A stretch of DNA of 64,000 bases from Octopus bimaculoides (Eukaryota), in NCBI RefSeq assembly GCF_001194135.2, contig NC_068991.1, forward strand, positions 50,208,794 through 50,272,793, read 5' to 3'. The first letter of the stretch is position 1. Every line of letters starts with the position of its first letter. A program made the translations under genes and the position numbers. Below the pieces are notes generated by a model. That model was not told where the DNA came from. It saw nothing but the letters and a program-made list of their open reading frames with translations, and did no database searches. This document shows, piece after piece, positions 36,416 to 49,175 of the stretch.

Positions 36416-36524
36416 TTTCCATAAACTCATTCTGAGAGCCTCGAATGCCGGAGACAATCAGACAACGGAGGAAGAGTCATCAGTTTGTATTCCACCCTTA
36501 TGCCGTAGATGGAAGAACGGAATA
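36416..36524 (+). CDS. Candidate internal exon (109 nt, phase 2 to 0)
   Basis: TACTGAC then CTTGTATAG acceptor; donor ATA|GTATGT; single open frame FHKLILRASNAGDNQTTEEESSVCIPPLCRRWKNGI; raised GC. The pyrimidine tract is weak. Confidence 0.3.
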
Positions 36525-36727
36525 GTATGTATTTCTATATATATTAATCCGGGCACTGTATACCCGATAAAGGTTTCGTTAGTTTATTAGTTTTCCCTAC
36601 CAAATTCAAATGTTTTTATCACTTGGAGAGATCTGGGTCCATCTGCCTGACTGTTTTTGATACAAGACTTGAATCTAACTGTTATGGGACTCATTCACTT
36701 ATTTTCCTGACATTATTTTACTGTCTT

Positions 36728-36938
36728 AGTCGGCGAGCTAGCAGAATCCTTAGTGCTCTGGGCAAAATGCTCAGTAGCTTTTCTTTAGACTATGAGTTCA
36801 AATTCTGCCGAGGTCGACTTTGCCTTTCGTTCTTTCGGGGTCGGTGAAATAAGGACCAGTTGAACACTGCAGTAGATGCAATCGGCTTATCCCCAACCTA
36901 TAACTGCTGATCTTGTGACAAAATTTGAAATCACTATT
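36728..36938 (+). mobile_element. SINE family A
   Basis: GGCGAGCTAGCAGAATC..GAGTTCAAATTCTGCCGAGGTCGACTTTGCC. Confidence 0.88.
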
Positions 36939-37387
36939 TTACTGTTTTCACACTTTCATTTGTTGTTATTTACCAAAATTTCATGGTCTTTTACTTAATA
37001 TGAGTTGATATGTAACTTTGACAGCGAATATTTTCTTGTCTACAACTCCATAGTTTGGCTGTATATTTCCGACTGATTTTCTCTCTTACCACTCTACAAT
37101 ATCTGAGCAACAGTTTTATATACGGATCCATCTCTACGAAGGAAATATACCAGCTGCAGCTAATCTCGCAAGACATATTGTCGATACTGATGCATAAATA
37201 TTCGTGTATTAAAGCTGTAAACAATCTAATATGAAAATTAAAGTTATTTTTAATGAAATCATGATTAACATAATTTATACAAGAATCGTAGTAGGAATAA
37301 TTTTAAGAATTAAGTAAAAAAAAAATGTATCAATTATAACTGGATTGCCAGGTATAATATGCCGTCCCGGGAAGCACAATAAAAAAA

Positions 37388-37670
37388 GTGTCAGGCCCCA
37401 ATCCGTGTTATGATTATGGAAGCCTACAGTACAAAAAGGATTGTCCTTTTAAAAACAAGTGCTATAGCTGTCAGAAGCTGGGACACAGAAGTTCTCATTG
37501 TAGAACAAGAGCACGAGGCTCAAACACAAAAAGTTCTCAGGTGTTTTCAGCGGAGAGTGAATGCAACGGAAAAACAAGAAAATTCGTGCGCGTAAAAATA
37601 AATGATGTGAATACCAAATTACAGTTAGACACGGGTAGTGACATCTCGATTATAAATGCGGATTCTAAAA
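37388..37670 (+). mobile_element. Ty3/gypsy LTR-retrotransposon relic: gag zinc knuckle and aspartic protease start
   Basis: CYSCQKLGHRSSHC (C-X2-C-X4-H-X4-C), preceded by a decayed second knuckle and followed by VKIND..KLQLDTGSDISIIN; truncated by (TA)n. Confidence 0.9.
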
Positions 37671-37677
37671 TAAATGA

Positions 37678-38341
<664 letters not shown>

Positions 38342-38808
38342 TATATTTTTNNNNNNNNNNNNNNNNNNNNNNNNNNNNNNNNNNNNNNNNNNNNNNNNNN
38401 NNNNNNNNNNNNNNNNNNNNNNNNNNNNNNNNNNNNNNNNNNNNNNNNNNNNNNNNNNNNNNNNNNNNNNNNNNNNNNNNNNNNNNNNNNNNNNNNNNNN
38501 NNNNNNNNNNNNNNNNNNNNNNNNNNNNNNNNNNNNNNNNNNNNNNNNNNNNNNNNNNNNNNNNNNNNNNNNNNNNNNNNNNNNNNNNNNNNNNNNNNNN
38601 NNNNNNNNNNNNNNNNNNNNNNNNNNNNNNNNNNNNNNNNNNNNNNNNNNNNNNNNNNNNNNNNNNNNNNNNNNNNNNNNNNNNNNNNNNNNNNNNNNNN
38701 NNNNNNNNNNNNNNNNNNNNNNNNNNNNNNNNNNNNNNNNNNNNNNNNNNNNNNNNNNNNNNNNNNNNNNNNNNNNNNNNNNNNNNNNNNNNNNNNNNNN
38801 NNNNNNNN

Positions 38809-39390
38809 GATACACGATAATCTCCACCTTATAGGCTATATCTTAGAAAGGGTAAATAAGATTCCTGGCAAAGGTTGGTTCATTTGATAGAGTAGCCTTT
38901 GATAGAGTAGACCATCTGGCGGCGGTCCTCGAGGCGGCCGGTTTTGGCGCGACATTCTGCGGCTGGATCAACGCTTTATATAGCAACATCAAGTCGATAG
39001 TTCAGCTGAACGGTTCCTTTTCGGAGCCGTTCAATATCGAACGCTCGGTTCGTCAAGGTTGTCCACTCTCGCCCCTGCTGTATGTATTGGTTCTCGAGCT
39101 ACTACTGCCAAGATTGGAGGCTACGAGTGGAGATCCGCAAGATCTAGGGTATGGAAAGTCAGTCGCAGCATATACGGACAATATCACTGTCGTCGTATCT
39201 AGAGACCAGGACCTACAGAGGGTAGGTGAGGCCATGAAGGATTACGAAGCGGTGCCAGGAGCAAGAATTAATCGAGATAAGTCGGTGGGCATGTAGCTCG
39301 GCACCTGGAGAAGCAAAACAATGTCGTCCAACAGCGTTATCGGACGCTGGACAGACGGTTCGGTGAAAATGCATGGAGTCTGGTTTAATC
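38809..39390 (+). mobile_element. Tx1/L1-like reverse transcriptase fragment
   Basis: IHDNLHLIGYIL..AFDRVDH..GFGATFCGWINALYSNIKSIVQLNG..SVRQGCPLSPLLYVLVLE..AAYTDNITVVV..GARINRDKS; the YADD motif is decayed to YTDN. Confidence 0.93.
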
Positions 39391-39649
39391 ACTCTTTACA
39401 GAGTGAACCACTACTTCACCCGTTAACACCGCTTAACTAACTCGCTAATCCGATCTCTGTAAGCTTGATGCACCTACAATAACGCAGTCAGCTTCCAGTT
39501 ATTGGGTCCTTGCCTATAAAAACCTATCTAGACGGACCGTTCATATCACAAATTTGTGTTCTGTATAGTCGATGACTTTAAATTGTGGTCAATCTATTTA
39601 TATCTACTGGTCTATAGAATTATCTACTTAGATACGATCTGAACGACCC

Positions 39650-40040
39650 GATGCAGAGTGCTCATATTCATATTAGTACATTTGGGAAAGTCAGTGGGAA
39701 CTGGTCAGATAGTTGTGAGCACTTAAGCAGATTTGTGAGGATCTTGCACTCCTCTCTCCTATCGGCTGTCCCACAGTCCCATCACCCTTCCACTTTTCCA
39801 CTAACACTGGGTAGGATGTTCCCAAGAAAGACTTTAGATGCTAAATCTGGGTGCTTGCTCTCTATTGGGACGTAGACGGTTACTAGTTGGAAGATATGGA
39901 TTTCGCTGTTGGTCATCTCCAGCAGCTTCAGCTTATTCACTATGTCTAGGAAAATTGAGATCGAAATCCTTCAAAAAACGATTTCACCTCCCGATATTGG
40001 TCAACTTGGAAAAGAGAACTCCACGCAGCCATTCCACTCT
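39650..40040 (-). mobile_element. Tx1/L1-like AP-endonuclease relic
   Basis: Minus: FQLVTVYVP..KVFLG..ECKILTNLLKCSQLSDQFPL, matching the xxLVxVYAP region and the following helix of APE. Confidence 0.6.
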
Positions 40041-41499
40041 CCTTAAAATCTACAATGAATTCTAACATAAGCACAAGACCAGAATTTGGTGGGAGGAGTT
40101 GATTATATCGACCACAGTATTTGCCTGGTATATAACAATTTCTTTTATTTTGCCACCATTCTTACACACAAAAGAGTTGAATGAAGATACGAAGCATATG
40201 GAGACTTAGAACAAAGTTGAATCAAAACCAATGAGAGGTTGGGGTGACAGATGCGTTTTACATTACATTGACGTAAACAAATTTCAGGTAACAAAAATAA
40301 TTGGATTGTTCCTTGAAATATAGATGTAACTACAAAATACGTAATTTAAAAGAAACGACAAATACAAATTAACTTTCTCCTGTCTGGTTTTCCTCGAAGC
40401 ACCGACCGTTTGTGCTCTTGAAATAATTGTAACAGCAGCAGTCATGATCTTTACATCTAGGACTGATGTTGTTGCTATTTCAGTTACTGATTATCACCAC
40501 ACTCTCCCTTTCAGCTTTTCCATTTAATTTCGCTAGTTTTTGTTGTTATATCTCGGGAGGATCATTGTGCCAGTAATAAACACTCACATGCACAGGTTCT
40601 ATTTCACTTCTTTTATTATTAATCGATTCGTTAACATTTTAATCAATTAACTAATCGAGTGATTGATTAATCGTTCACTCTATCAATCAATCAGGTTTGT
40701 TAATGTCCTTTCGTCGTCATTCACGACCTCATCAATGACATGTCCTTTCGACTACAGGTCTACTTCAGGTCCTGCTTGTTTTCAACTCCTTTCCATTGTT
40801 TATCATCTTTCCAAGGAGTTTCAAGTGTATTAGCGTTTGTATGTTGATTTTTCCTCCATTCTTTCGTTAGGTTCTATGTTTCTACTCCATAAACCATCGT
40901 TGAAATAACTCAACAGGGAAATATCTTGTATTTAAAAACGGAACTTGCCCACTCAAGTTCCCTGTGATTAGCCAAGGAAGCGTAGCAAGGGGCTTCACCT
41001 CGACTAAATTTTCTCGACGAAAATAACACAATGTTCAAATTAGAAATATAATTAAATACTAGCTTTCTCAACGTGAAATATTAAATCACAGTATGATCAA
41101 TAAGGAGGCGTTCGGCAAGCGATAGATGCGTGTTTCAAGTACCATCAGTGGGCCTGCTAGTCATTTTACGTATGGAGCTGAAGAATGCAACGTCTGATGT
41201 CATTTTAGACTGAAAATTGTAACATTTTATTCATAATTTCACCAGCAATGGAACTGAGGTGGTGCACAATGCCCTGTTAGACATCAATGCGTATGTAACT
41301 ATATCATTGTGCTATATTATGATCAATTATCTGAAGAAGATAAAAATAACCCACTTAAAAAGTAGCAAAGAAAATAGATTTACATATTGAGAATTGTATG
41401 TGTGAGTAGTTATGCCGTTGTACTGCGATCGGTAAAGCTGTCAGCCTACAGGTGATAGCGACCTTGTTCGTGTCCCGTTATGAAGTTTCTTGGTCTGTC

Positions 41500-41685
41500 C
41501 TGCTTCTATATTCATATGCATATAGATATACACACGCACACGCACACACATATAGAAACATACATGCTTGCAAGCATACATACATACATACATACATATA
41601 TAATACATATATGTGTACATATATATACATCTGTTTCTATATGTATATATATATATGTATATATATATGTATATATTTATATGTG

Positions 41686-41746
<61 letters not shown>

Positions 41747-42015
41747 NNNNNNNNNNNNNNNNNNNNNNNNNNNNNNNNNNNNNNNNNNNNNNNNNNNNNN
41801 NNNNNNNNNNNNNNNNNNNNNNNNNNNNNNNNNNNNNNNNNNNNNNNNNNNNNNNNNNNNNNNNNNNNNNNNNNNNNNNNNNNNNNNNNNNNNNNNNNNN
41901 NNNNNNNNNNNNNNNNNNNNNNNNNNNNNNNNNNNNNNNNNNNNNNNNNNNNNNNNNNNNNNNNNNNNNNNNNNNNNNNNNNNNNNNNNNNNNNNNNNNN
42001 NNNNNNNNNNNNNNN

Positions 42016-42088
<73 letters not shown>
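41500..42088. repeat. (TA)/(CA)/(TG) microsatellites flanking N-gap 41747-42015
   Basis: Directly visible. Confidence 0.95.
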
Positions 42089-42090
<2 letters not shown>

Positions 42091-42649
42091 ACCAGTAGAC
42101 ACCTACACACGCACAAACACCTATGCATCCACAAGTATGTCTACAGATATCTCGGCAAAGGATGTTTTAAATGTATCCACACATAACACTTCCTTTGTCT
42201 AGAAATCTGTAATCGATAAATGAGAGATCAATGTTTTCCTTTTCTAATAATGTAGTTGCTCGGAGGAGGCTGGCAGAAAGCAACATGATGCCATCTATAG
42301 ATTTATCACCAAATATAGAACTGTAGCAATATCGAAGACAACACTATATAGACAATATATCGCTTCTCTTTCTCACAGTCACTCTTTTCTATTGATTTAG
42401 TTTCTATATTTTCCTCGTAATTATCCATCCTTTCGTTGTTTATACAACAATGTTTCATGAGATGGATTTCGGGCCATCCAAAGGATTTACATCAAATATC
42501 TACGTCCATATGTATAAATGTTTGTTTTCTTTGAGATTCAAATAATTTTTTTCCTTTACAGAATTCAAGCCGATCATCATCAAAGTGGGAAAGCCCTTTT
42601 GTTTAAATGAAGGCAGCACTTGGGGTTTATGGTTATCTAAATTGGTTGC

Positions 42650-42692
<43 letters not shown>

Positions 42693-43109
42693 ATATATGT
42701 GCGCGTGTGAATAAACTTGCACTCTGGGAGTTTGTGGTTATCTAAATTGGTTGGTGTGTGTGTGTATATGTGTACATATGTGTGTGTGTGTATCTATGTG
42801 CACATATGAATAACCTTGCACTCGTGCAGTGAGTGTTCATGTCAGGTTAACATACAAGTATGTGTGTGTCTTATTATTGTTTATATGTATGCTTCTACGT
42901 ATATTTAATCTGTGTATGATTATGTGCATGTGTGCGGCCCACAAGCCTCAGATGTAGAATCACGAGAACGTTTTGCAAATGTTCCCGCTACAAACCAATC
43001 GATTGCATTTGGTGAATGTAAATTCATTTGCAGTGTCTTTTTTTCTTTCTAGAAAATCCTAACTTTTCTAGTTTTTTTTTTTGTTTTCTTTTTTACAGAT
43101 TTGTTATGT

Positions 43110-43480
43110 AACCCTGTACACAATGATAACAGCAAATGAAAATCTATTGCCTGGATATAGAGCCTGTAGTATTTTCTTTAGTCCTCTACCAGTGCCTGAC
43201 GTTTGCTCTTTGTCCAATACACTAATATATGGCATGCTGTGATTACACAGGCTTTTAAAAGATGTTAATATATTCTGGCTCAGGAGTATCTCTGGTTGGC
43301 AGTCAGCGCAATCCTTCATGCGTATAGCATTGCAAACGGTTTCAGTGACAATGCCATGTCCGTGAGAAGGTACCTTGTAGACATTTTTAAACAGCTTCTG
43401 ATGTGATGTGTTCCACAATGATATGGCATAAACGACATTTTAACACAATATGGAGATCTAGTGGCATCCTCATCGCTTTT
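43110..43480 (-). mobile_element. Highly decayed RLE LINE fragment (divergent subfamily)
   Basis: Minus, frameshifted: KCRLCHIIVEHITS / YKVPSHGHGIVTETVCNAIRMKD / NILTSFKSLCNHSMPYISVLDKEQ, resembling the knuckle, RHD region and PD-type RLE. Confidence 0.5.
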
Positions 43481-44105
43481 GCTTCTCAGTTATTTTATAG
43501 CAATCTCCTGTTTCTGGATATACACGCATACATGTACTTGTATTATACAACTATATTTTATTTATATTCATGCTACAATTTTTTTTGAAAATTGCAGAGC
43601 TGCGTCCTAAATAATTTGCTGTATTCACCTTCCTTAAAATTTGGTGCTCAACTTATATCGTGGCTCAAATTTCCTTTCATCATTCTTAAATCAACTCTAC
43701 TCTTCTTTCAAAACGTGTCCTCTCCAAAAATTGATCACTTCTGGCTTGGTAGAATCGTTAGAGGATTGAATTAAATATTTGCGTTATTTAGTTAGATTAC
43801 GAGTTGAATTCAAAGACATCGGAGGCTTAAATTCAAAAGTTCACCTTTCCGATGTTGACGAAATATGTTCCAACGAAGTCGTACTTTAATCGACTTAAAA
43901 AGATTATATCTAGCCTCCGCTATAAGTCGCATTGTTTCCATGCTGATAATTATTAATGTAATTAATGCAAAAAAATTATGTCAGCGCTGAAACGAAATCT
44001 GGCAGCTTTTGTTTGTCTTTAACTGGTTAAAAATAACATTTTCTGACAGTCATATGCTTGTGGCATTTCTTTTGGTTCTTTACGTTTTGAGCTCAACTTT
44101 GCGTT

Positions 44106-44245
44106 TCATTCTTTCAGGGTCGATAAGTAGCAGTTGAACACTGGGATCCATGTAACCGATTAAACCCTTCCTTTGAAGTTACTGGCCTTGTGATGAAATT
44201 TAAAACTATTATCATTATTATCATTATTATTATTATTATCATTAC

Positions 44246-44276
<31 letters not shown>

Positions 44277-44494
44277 GTTATTATTATTATTATTAAAGAC
44301 GGCAAGCTAGCAGAATCGTTAGTGCGCCGGACGAAATGCTTAGCGGTATTTCGCCTGTCGCTACATTCTGAGGTTAAATTCCGCCAAGGTCGACTTTACC
44401 TTTTATCCTTTCGGGGTCGATAAGATAAGTACCAGCCGAACACTGGGGTCTATGTTATCGATTCATCCCCTCCCCCAAAATTGCCACCCTTATG
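44106..44494 (+). mobile_element. Two SINE family A copies (3' half 44106-44208; near full 44295-44494) separated by (ATT)n
   Basis: Both match the consensus; the second runs into the gap 44495-44781. Confidence 0.88.
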
Positions 44495-44781
44495 NNNNNN
44501 NNNNNNNNNNNNNNNNNNNNNNNNNNNNNNNNNNNNNNNNNNNNNNNNNNNNNNNNNNNNNNNNNNNNNNNNNNNNNNNNNNNNNNNNNNNNNNNNNNNN
44601 NNNNNNNNNNNNNNNNNNNNNNNNNNNNNNNNNNNNNNNNNNNNNNNNNNNNNNNNNNNNNNNNNNNNNNNNNNNNNNNNNNNNNNNNNNNNNNNNNNNN
44701 NNNNNNNNNNNNNNNNNNNNNNNNNNNNNNNNNNNNNNNNNNNNNNNNNNNNNNNNNNNNNNNNNNNNNNNNNNNNNNNNN

Positions 44782-45135
44782 CTACTATGATAGGAATTGT
44801 TTCTGTTTTTAGATTCCACATTCGAGTTATCTCTATTTCCAGGTCTTTGTATTTTGAAAGTTTTTCCATTTCTTTTAGAGAAACGTTGTCATCTGCTGGT
44901 ATTGATACATCAATTAGAAAGCATTTTTTTTCTTCATGATCTTTGACAACTATATCTGGTCTATTTGCCTTAATTTCTCTATCTGTGTGTATTGGCATAT
45001 CCCAGAGTATGGTTGCTTTCTCGTTTTCTGTGACCTTTTCTGGCGTGTGTTTATACCAACTTTTTTCTGTTGTTATTCCATAATGTTGGCATAGTTTCCA
45101 GTGTATATAGGTCCCAGCTCTGTCGTGTCTGTGAA
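44782..45135 (-). mobile_element. R4/Dong-like RLE LINE fragment, 3' end lost in the gap
   Basis: RHDRAGTYIHWKLCQHYG..WYKHTPEKVTENEKATILWDMPIHTDREIKANRPDIVVKD..LIDVSIP..EKLSKYKDLEIEITRMW; uninterrupted frame. Confidence 0.95.
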
Positions 45136-45455
45136 TCAGTTCCATGCGTATTTCTACCACTCCACTAGATGCGTCTACCAGAGGTGTGAGCTTCATTATC
45201 TTATGAAGGGGTAAAATTGTGTTGCTGTAAGATTTGCTTTGTTTCTAGTGTTAATTTTAATGCTTTGTCTGATTGTTAGGCAGAGAATAAGCTGTTCAAA
45301 TTTTATGATGTATTTTAAGTGTCGGTCGTGATTGCGTCGAGTATGAGCGACATGGGTTGTGCTCTATGATTGGATAGCGATAGTGTGAAGTAGTGATTAT
45401 TAGACTTGTTGTATGCAATATCAAAGAGTCGATAGGTTGAGATATGCTATTGAAT

Positions 45456-45582
45456 GGTACTCAGTGGCTGTGTGGTAAGTAGCTTGCTTACCAACCACAT
45501 GGCTCCGGTTTCNNNNNNNNNNAGGCGGTGCTCCAGCATGGCTGCTGTCAAATGACTGAAACAAGAAAAAGAGTAAAAGAGC
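45456..45582 (+). mobile_element. SINE family C, 5' and 3' ends joined by a 10-N gap
   Basis: GGCTGTGTGGTAAGTAGCTTGCTTACCAACCACATGG..N10..GGCGGTGCTCCAGCATGG..GAGTAAAAGAG. Confidence 0.88.
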
Positions 45583-46821
45583 ATATGAAGCGTTGAGTTC
45601 CGTTATTCTATTGAGCCATGATTGTTTAGGAATTGTATGTCTTATGCTATTTACAAGGACACTGGTGCTGCATCATGAACTGCCAACGTCGTCTTTGTAT
45701 TTTATTTCTCAGAGAATGGTAAAATATGTATCAGCAAATACTTGCTTTCGACTAGGAAATGTTAGCCTACAATTGAACAAGCATCTATTTACTATGCAAA
45801 CCATGTGTTCGGTTTCTTATTTGTATCTTCATCAAGATTCGTGTTGTTTTCTTCTTATGTGTATCTATCCAATGGTTATCGCGAAATTGAATTGGAGTGC
45901 CATAATCACGTTATTCATCTTTCTGCACAGTCTTGAAACTTTAGTCATAAGAAAATGTTAATATCTCGTCAATCGAATAAGTTTTAATGCCGTATCCTGT
46001 TGTGACAAGCAAGACGCATAGTGCCAATTCATCACCTGAAGTAAATCATAGATTCGATATATAAGTGGACTTGGTTTGCGGACCGAACGTCTAGGAACAT
46101 AACCCACTCCCTCATTCTGCGGTGATCTCATACGTATAACAGGTGAAAAGCAGAAATTTCACAAGAATATTTGGTGAAATTAGGTTCGATGCAATTTACT
46201 TCCTATGCAATAATTTTTTCTCCAAATTCCATCAGTAGAAATTATTACTTTAACAAACCTAATTTTCTTACGCCTTATAATATTTCCTTTCCATTTTGTT
46301 TTCTGGCTATTCTTGCGCAAATTATCATACAATCTCTTTATATGATATTTTCCATGTAAATTATTCAAATCGGAAATTAAAATAATTAAAAACGATTAAA
46401 CAATGCAACTGTGTCTATTTTAACTTCTCTCAGTAATGTTGGATTGAAAAAAGTTTTTCGTCTTTAATTATAATATTGTGATGTCATGAACTAAATGAAG
46501 ATGGTGTTTTTGCTAACATATTACCCGACAAAACTAGATGATGTAGTTTTCAGAGTTATTAATACAACCTGAAATGTCTGTCCTTTAGCAATCTTAACGG
46601 TCCTCACTTTCGCATTTGTGTTTATAACATTTTATTCCTGTTTAATTAGTTTGTTTGAAGACTGGAAATTAAAAATTAATTTCTATCCAATCAGACTTTT
46701 TTTTTATTATTCTTATTATTTCACTTTGGTGAGTTTTAAGTTCTCTTACTTTACAGTTATTTTATTTCTGTCTTTCAGCTGTTCTATAATTAACAGCATC
46801 ATTGTCAACGTTATCATTCTG

Positions 46822-47002
46822 TAAAGTGGTGAGCTGTCAGAATCGTTAGCACGCTGGACGAAATGCTTAGCGGCATTTCAGCCGTCTTTACGTTCTGAGT
46901 TCAAATTCTGCTGAGGTCGATTTTACCTTTTATCTTTTCGGGGTCATCGTCTTACACCCTCTCCCTAAATTGCTGGTCGTGTACCAAAAGTTGAAATCAA
47001 TA
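46822..47002 (+). mobile_element. SINE family A
   Basis: Consensus match with a central deletion. Confidence 0.88.
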
Positions 47003-47191
47003 TTTTTCACTCTGTGATTGGTTTATTTGAATGATAGAAGCTACAAACAATAAGGCTGGATGTTTTATAGCGTTTTGTTTCGCCCCACTCCATTCAATGT
47101 TCAAATCATGTCGGGAAAATGTTGATCCTAGCTAGTGTTAAGAATGTTATAAACGTCGCAACGTTTGAAAATTATCTGCTTCCTCAAAGGA

Positions 47192-47221
47192 ATTCTTCTT
47201 CTTCTTCTTCTTCTTCTTCTT

Positions 47222-47305
<84 letters not shown>
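47192..47305. repeat. Compound (TCT)n(ACT)n(ATT)n microsatellite
   Basis: Directly visible. Confidence 0.95.
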
Positions 47306-47306
<1 letters not shown>

Positions 47307-48362
47307 AGATGACAAAGAAAAAATATCCTATACCCGGTTAATATTATTCTAGAGGTAAGATCGGCAGGTGTAATGTGAGAGAGTAGCTACAAATTCATTT
47401 ACAGTTTTGAGATAAGGAAATTTTTATTTTGAGCGAAAGGTAGTTATTGCTTAGTTTTCCCTGTCTCTGAGGAATTACTTTCTTTAACTTGAATTCTTAA
47501 TACGTTTTGTCAGATTCGAATAGGAATATGCAAAAAGCTTCTGTATTCGTCAATGGAGAACACACGTCGTCTGAAAGGAGAAGTTGTTGTTCAATGATAA
47601 AATACAGCAACGATTAGCATATTCACGTCCGAATCTGACAGAACGTATTAAGAATGAATATGTAAGACATCGTTTTGATTTTCGCTGTTCACCGTGCACA
47701 TAACGACTTGTTATTTCCAGGACATTCTCAAAAATGACAACATTTTATGCTGTAAATATCACAAAGAGCAAATCGATCACATTCTTCGTTGTAGTTTGAG
47801 CAGGTTCATAAATATACAGAATAGACGTGGTACATCGAACAGATATGAATACTAGAAAGATGCTAATGTTACAACACTGCTACATAAATCAACGCAAATA
47901 TATATACAACAAACACATCACAGTTATATATTAACAGAGAATGTGGCTGTACAGAATGAATCAGAGATGAAAGTAAACTGTCATACATTTATATTTGTAT
48001 AAAGGTAGTTCAATGTCAGCAAATGAAAATATCTTTTTTTTCTGAAGAAACTGTTTTAACATAAAAACGTGAAAATGAAGATACATAAAAATATGATAGT
48101 AAAAATGTATAATGTGTGACTAGTTTTTTCATTTTCCAGGTAAGGTATGTAACACTGTTAACCTCATTCTGCAATGAATGTTTTTCCTCACATATTTTAG
48201 TCTAACCTAGTTCTTTGATATTCCAACTATTAAATATATATTAAATATTGATGCTGAGCGGCTCGTACCAGTTGTTTTTGGTTGGGGTTTTTTTTTTTTT
48301 TTTTTGTATCTTGTATCATTGAAAAATACTTTCTCTTGTCAATTTGCTATTGCTGCGAACGG

Positions 48363-48399
<37 letters not shown>

Positions 48400-48956
48400 G
48401 AATTCCTCCACGGATATCGGGGAGTGTTTCTAATGGAGTATTATATATTTTTACTTTTATGTTTTTATGTTAAAACTGTTTCTTCAGAAAAAAAGATATT
48501 TTCATTTGCTGACGTTGAAATAAGTTTATGCAAATATATGACAGTTTACTTTTATTTCAGATTCCTTCTATACAACCATGTTCTCTCTATTAATATAACT
48601 ATGATGTCTTTAGTATTGTTTGTTGCATATACTTGCGATATCTGATTTATGTCAGGGGCGTAACATTAGCCTCTTCCAAGTATCTATATCTACATTTTTG
48701 AGACATACCATATCTATTCAGTATTTTATAAGTCTGCTCAAACAACAACGAAAAGAAATGTGATCAATATGCTCTTTATGATATTTACATCAAATTTTAT
48801 CAATTTTTTAAGAACGTTCTTGAAAGAGTTCTTGGTAAACTACTGCATTGTTTAAATATCAGCACATCAAGGTTTCTCACTTTTTAGAGCAGATATTTTA
48901 TATTATTTGTATATCATAAGTTTATATTGTTAGTTTATATTATTAGTATGCGGGAA

Positions 48957-49175
48957 AAGCCAGCGAGCTGGCAGAATTGTTTGCGCGTCGGGCGAAATGC
49001 TTTGCGGTATTTCGTCTGACATTACGTTCTGAGTTCAAATTCCACCGAGATCGACTTTGCCTTTCATCCTCTTGTGGTTGATAAATTAAGTACCAGTAGC
49101 TCACTGGGGCCGATCTAATCGACTGACCTCCTTTCCCAAAAAATTTCAGGCCTTGAACCTATAGTAGAAATAATT
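48957..49175 (+). mobile_element. SINE family A, full length
   Basis: Consensus match, CAGGCCTT..ATAGTAGAAA tail. Confidence 0.9.
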
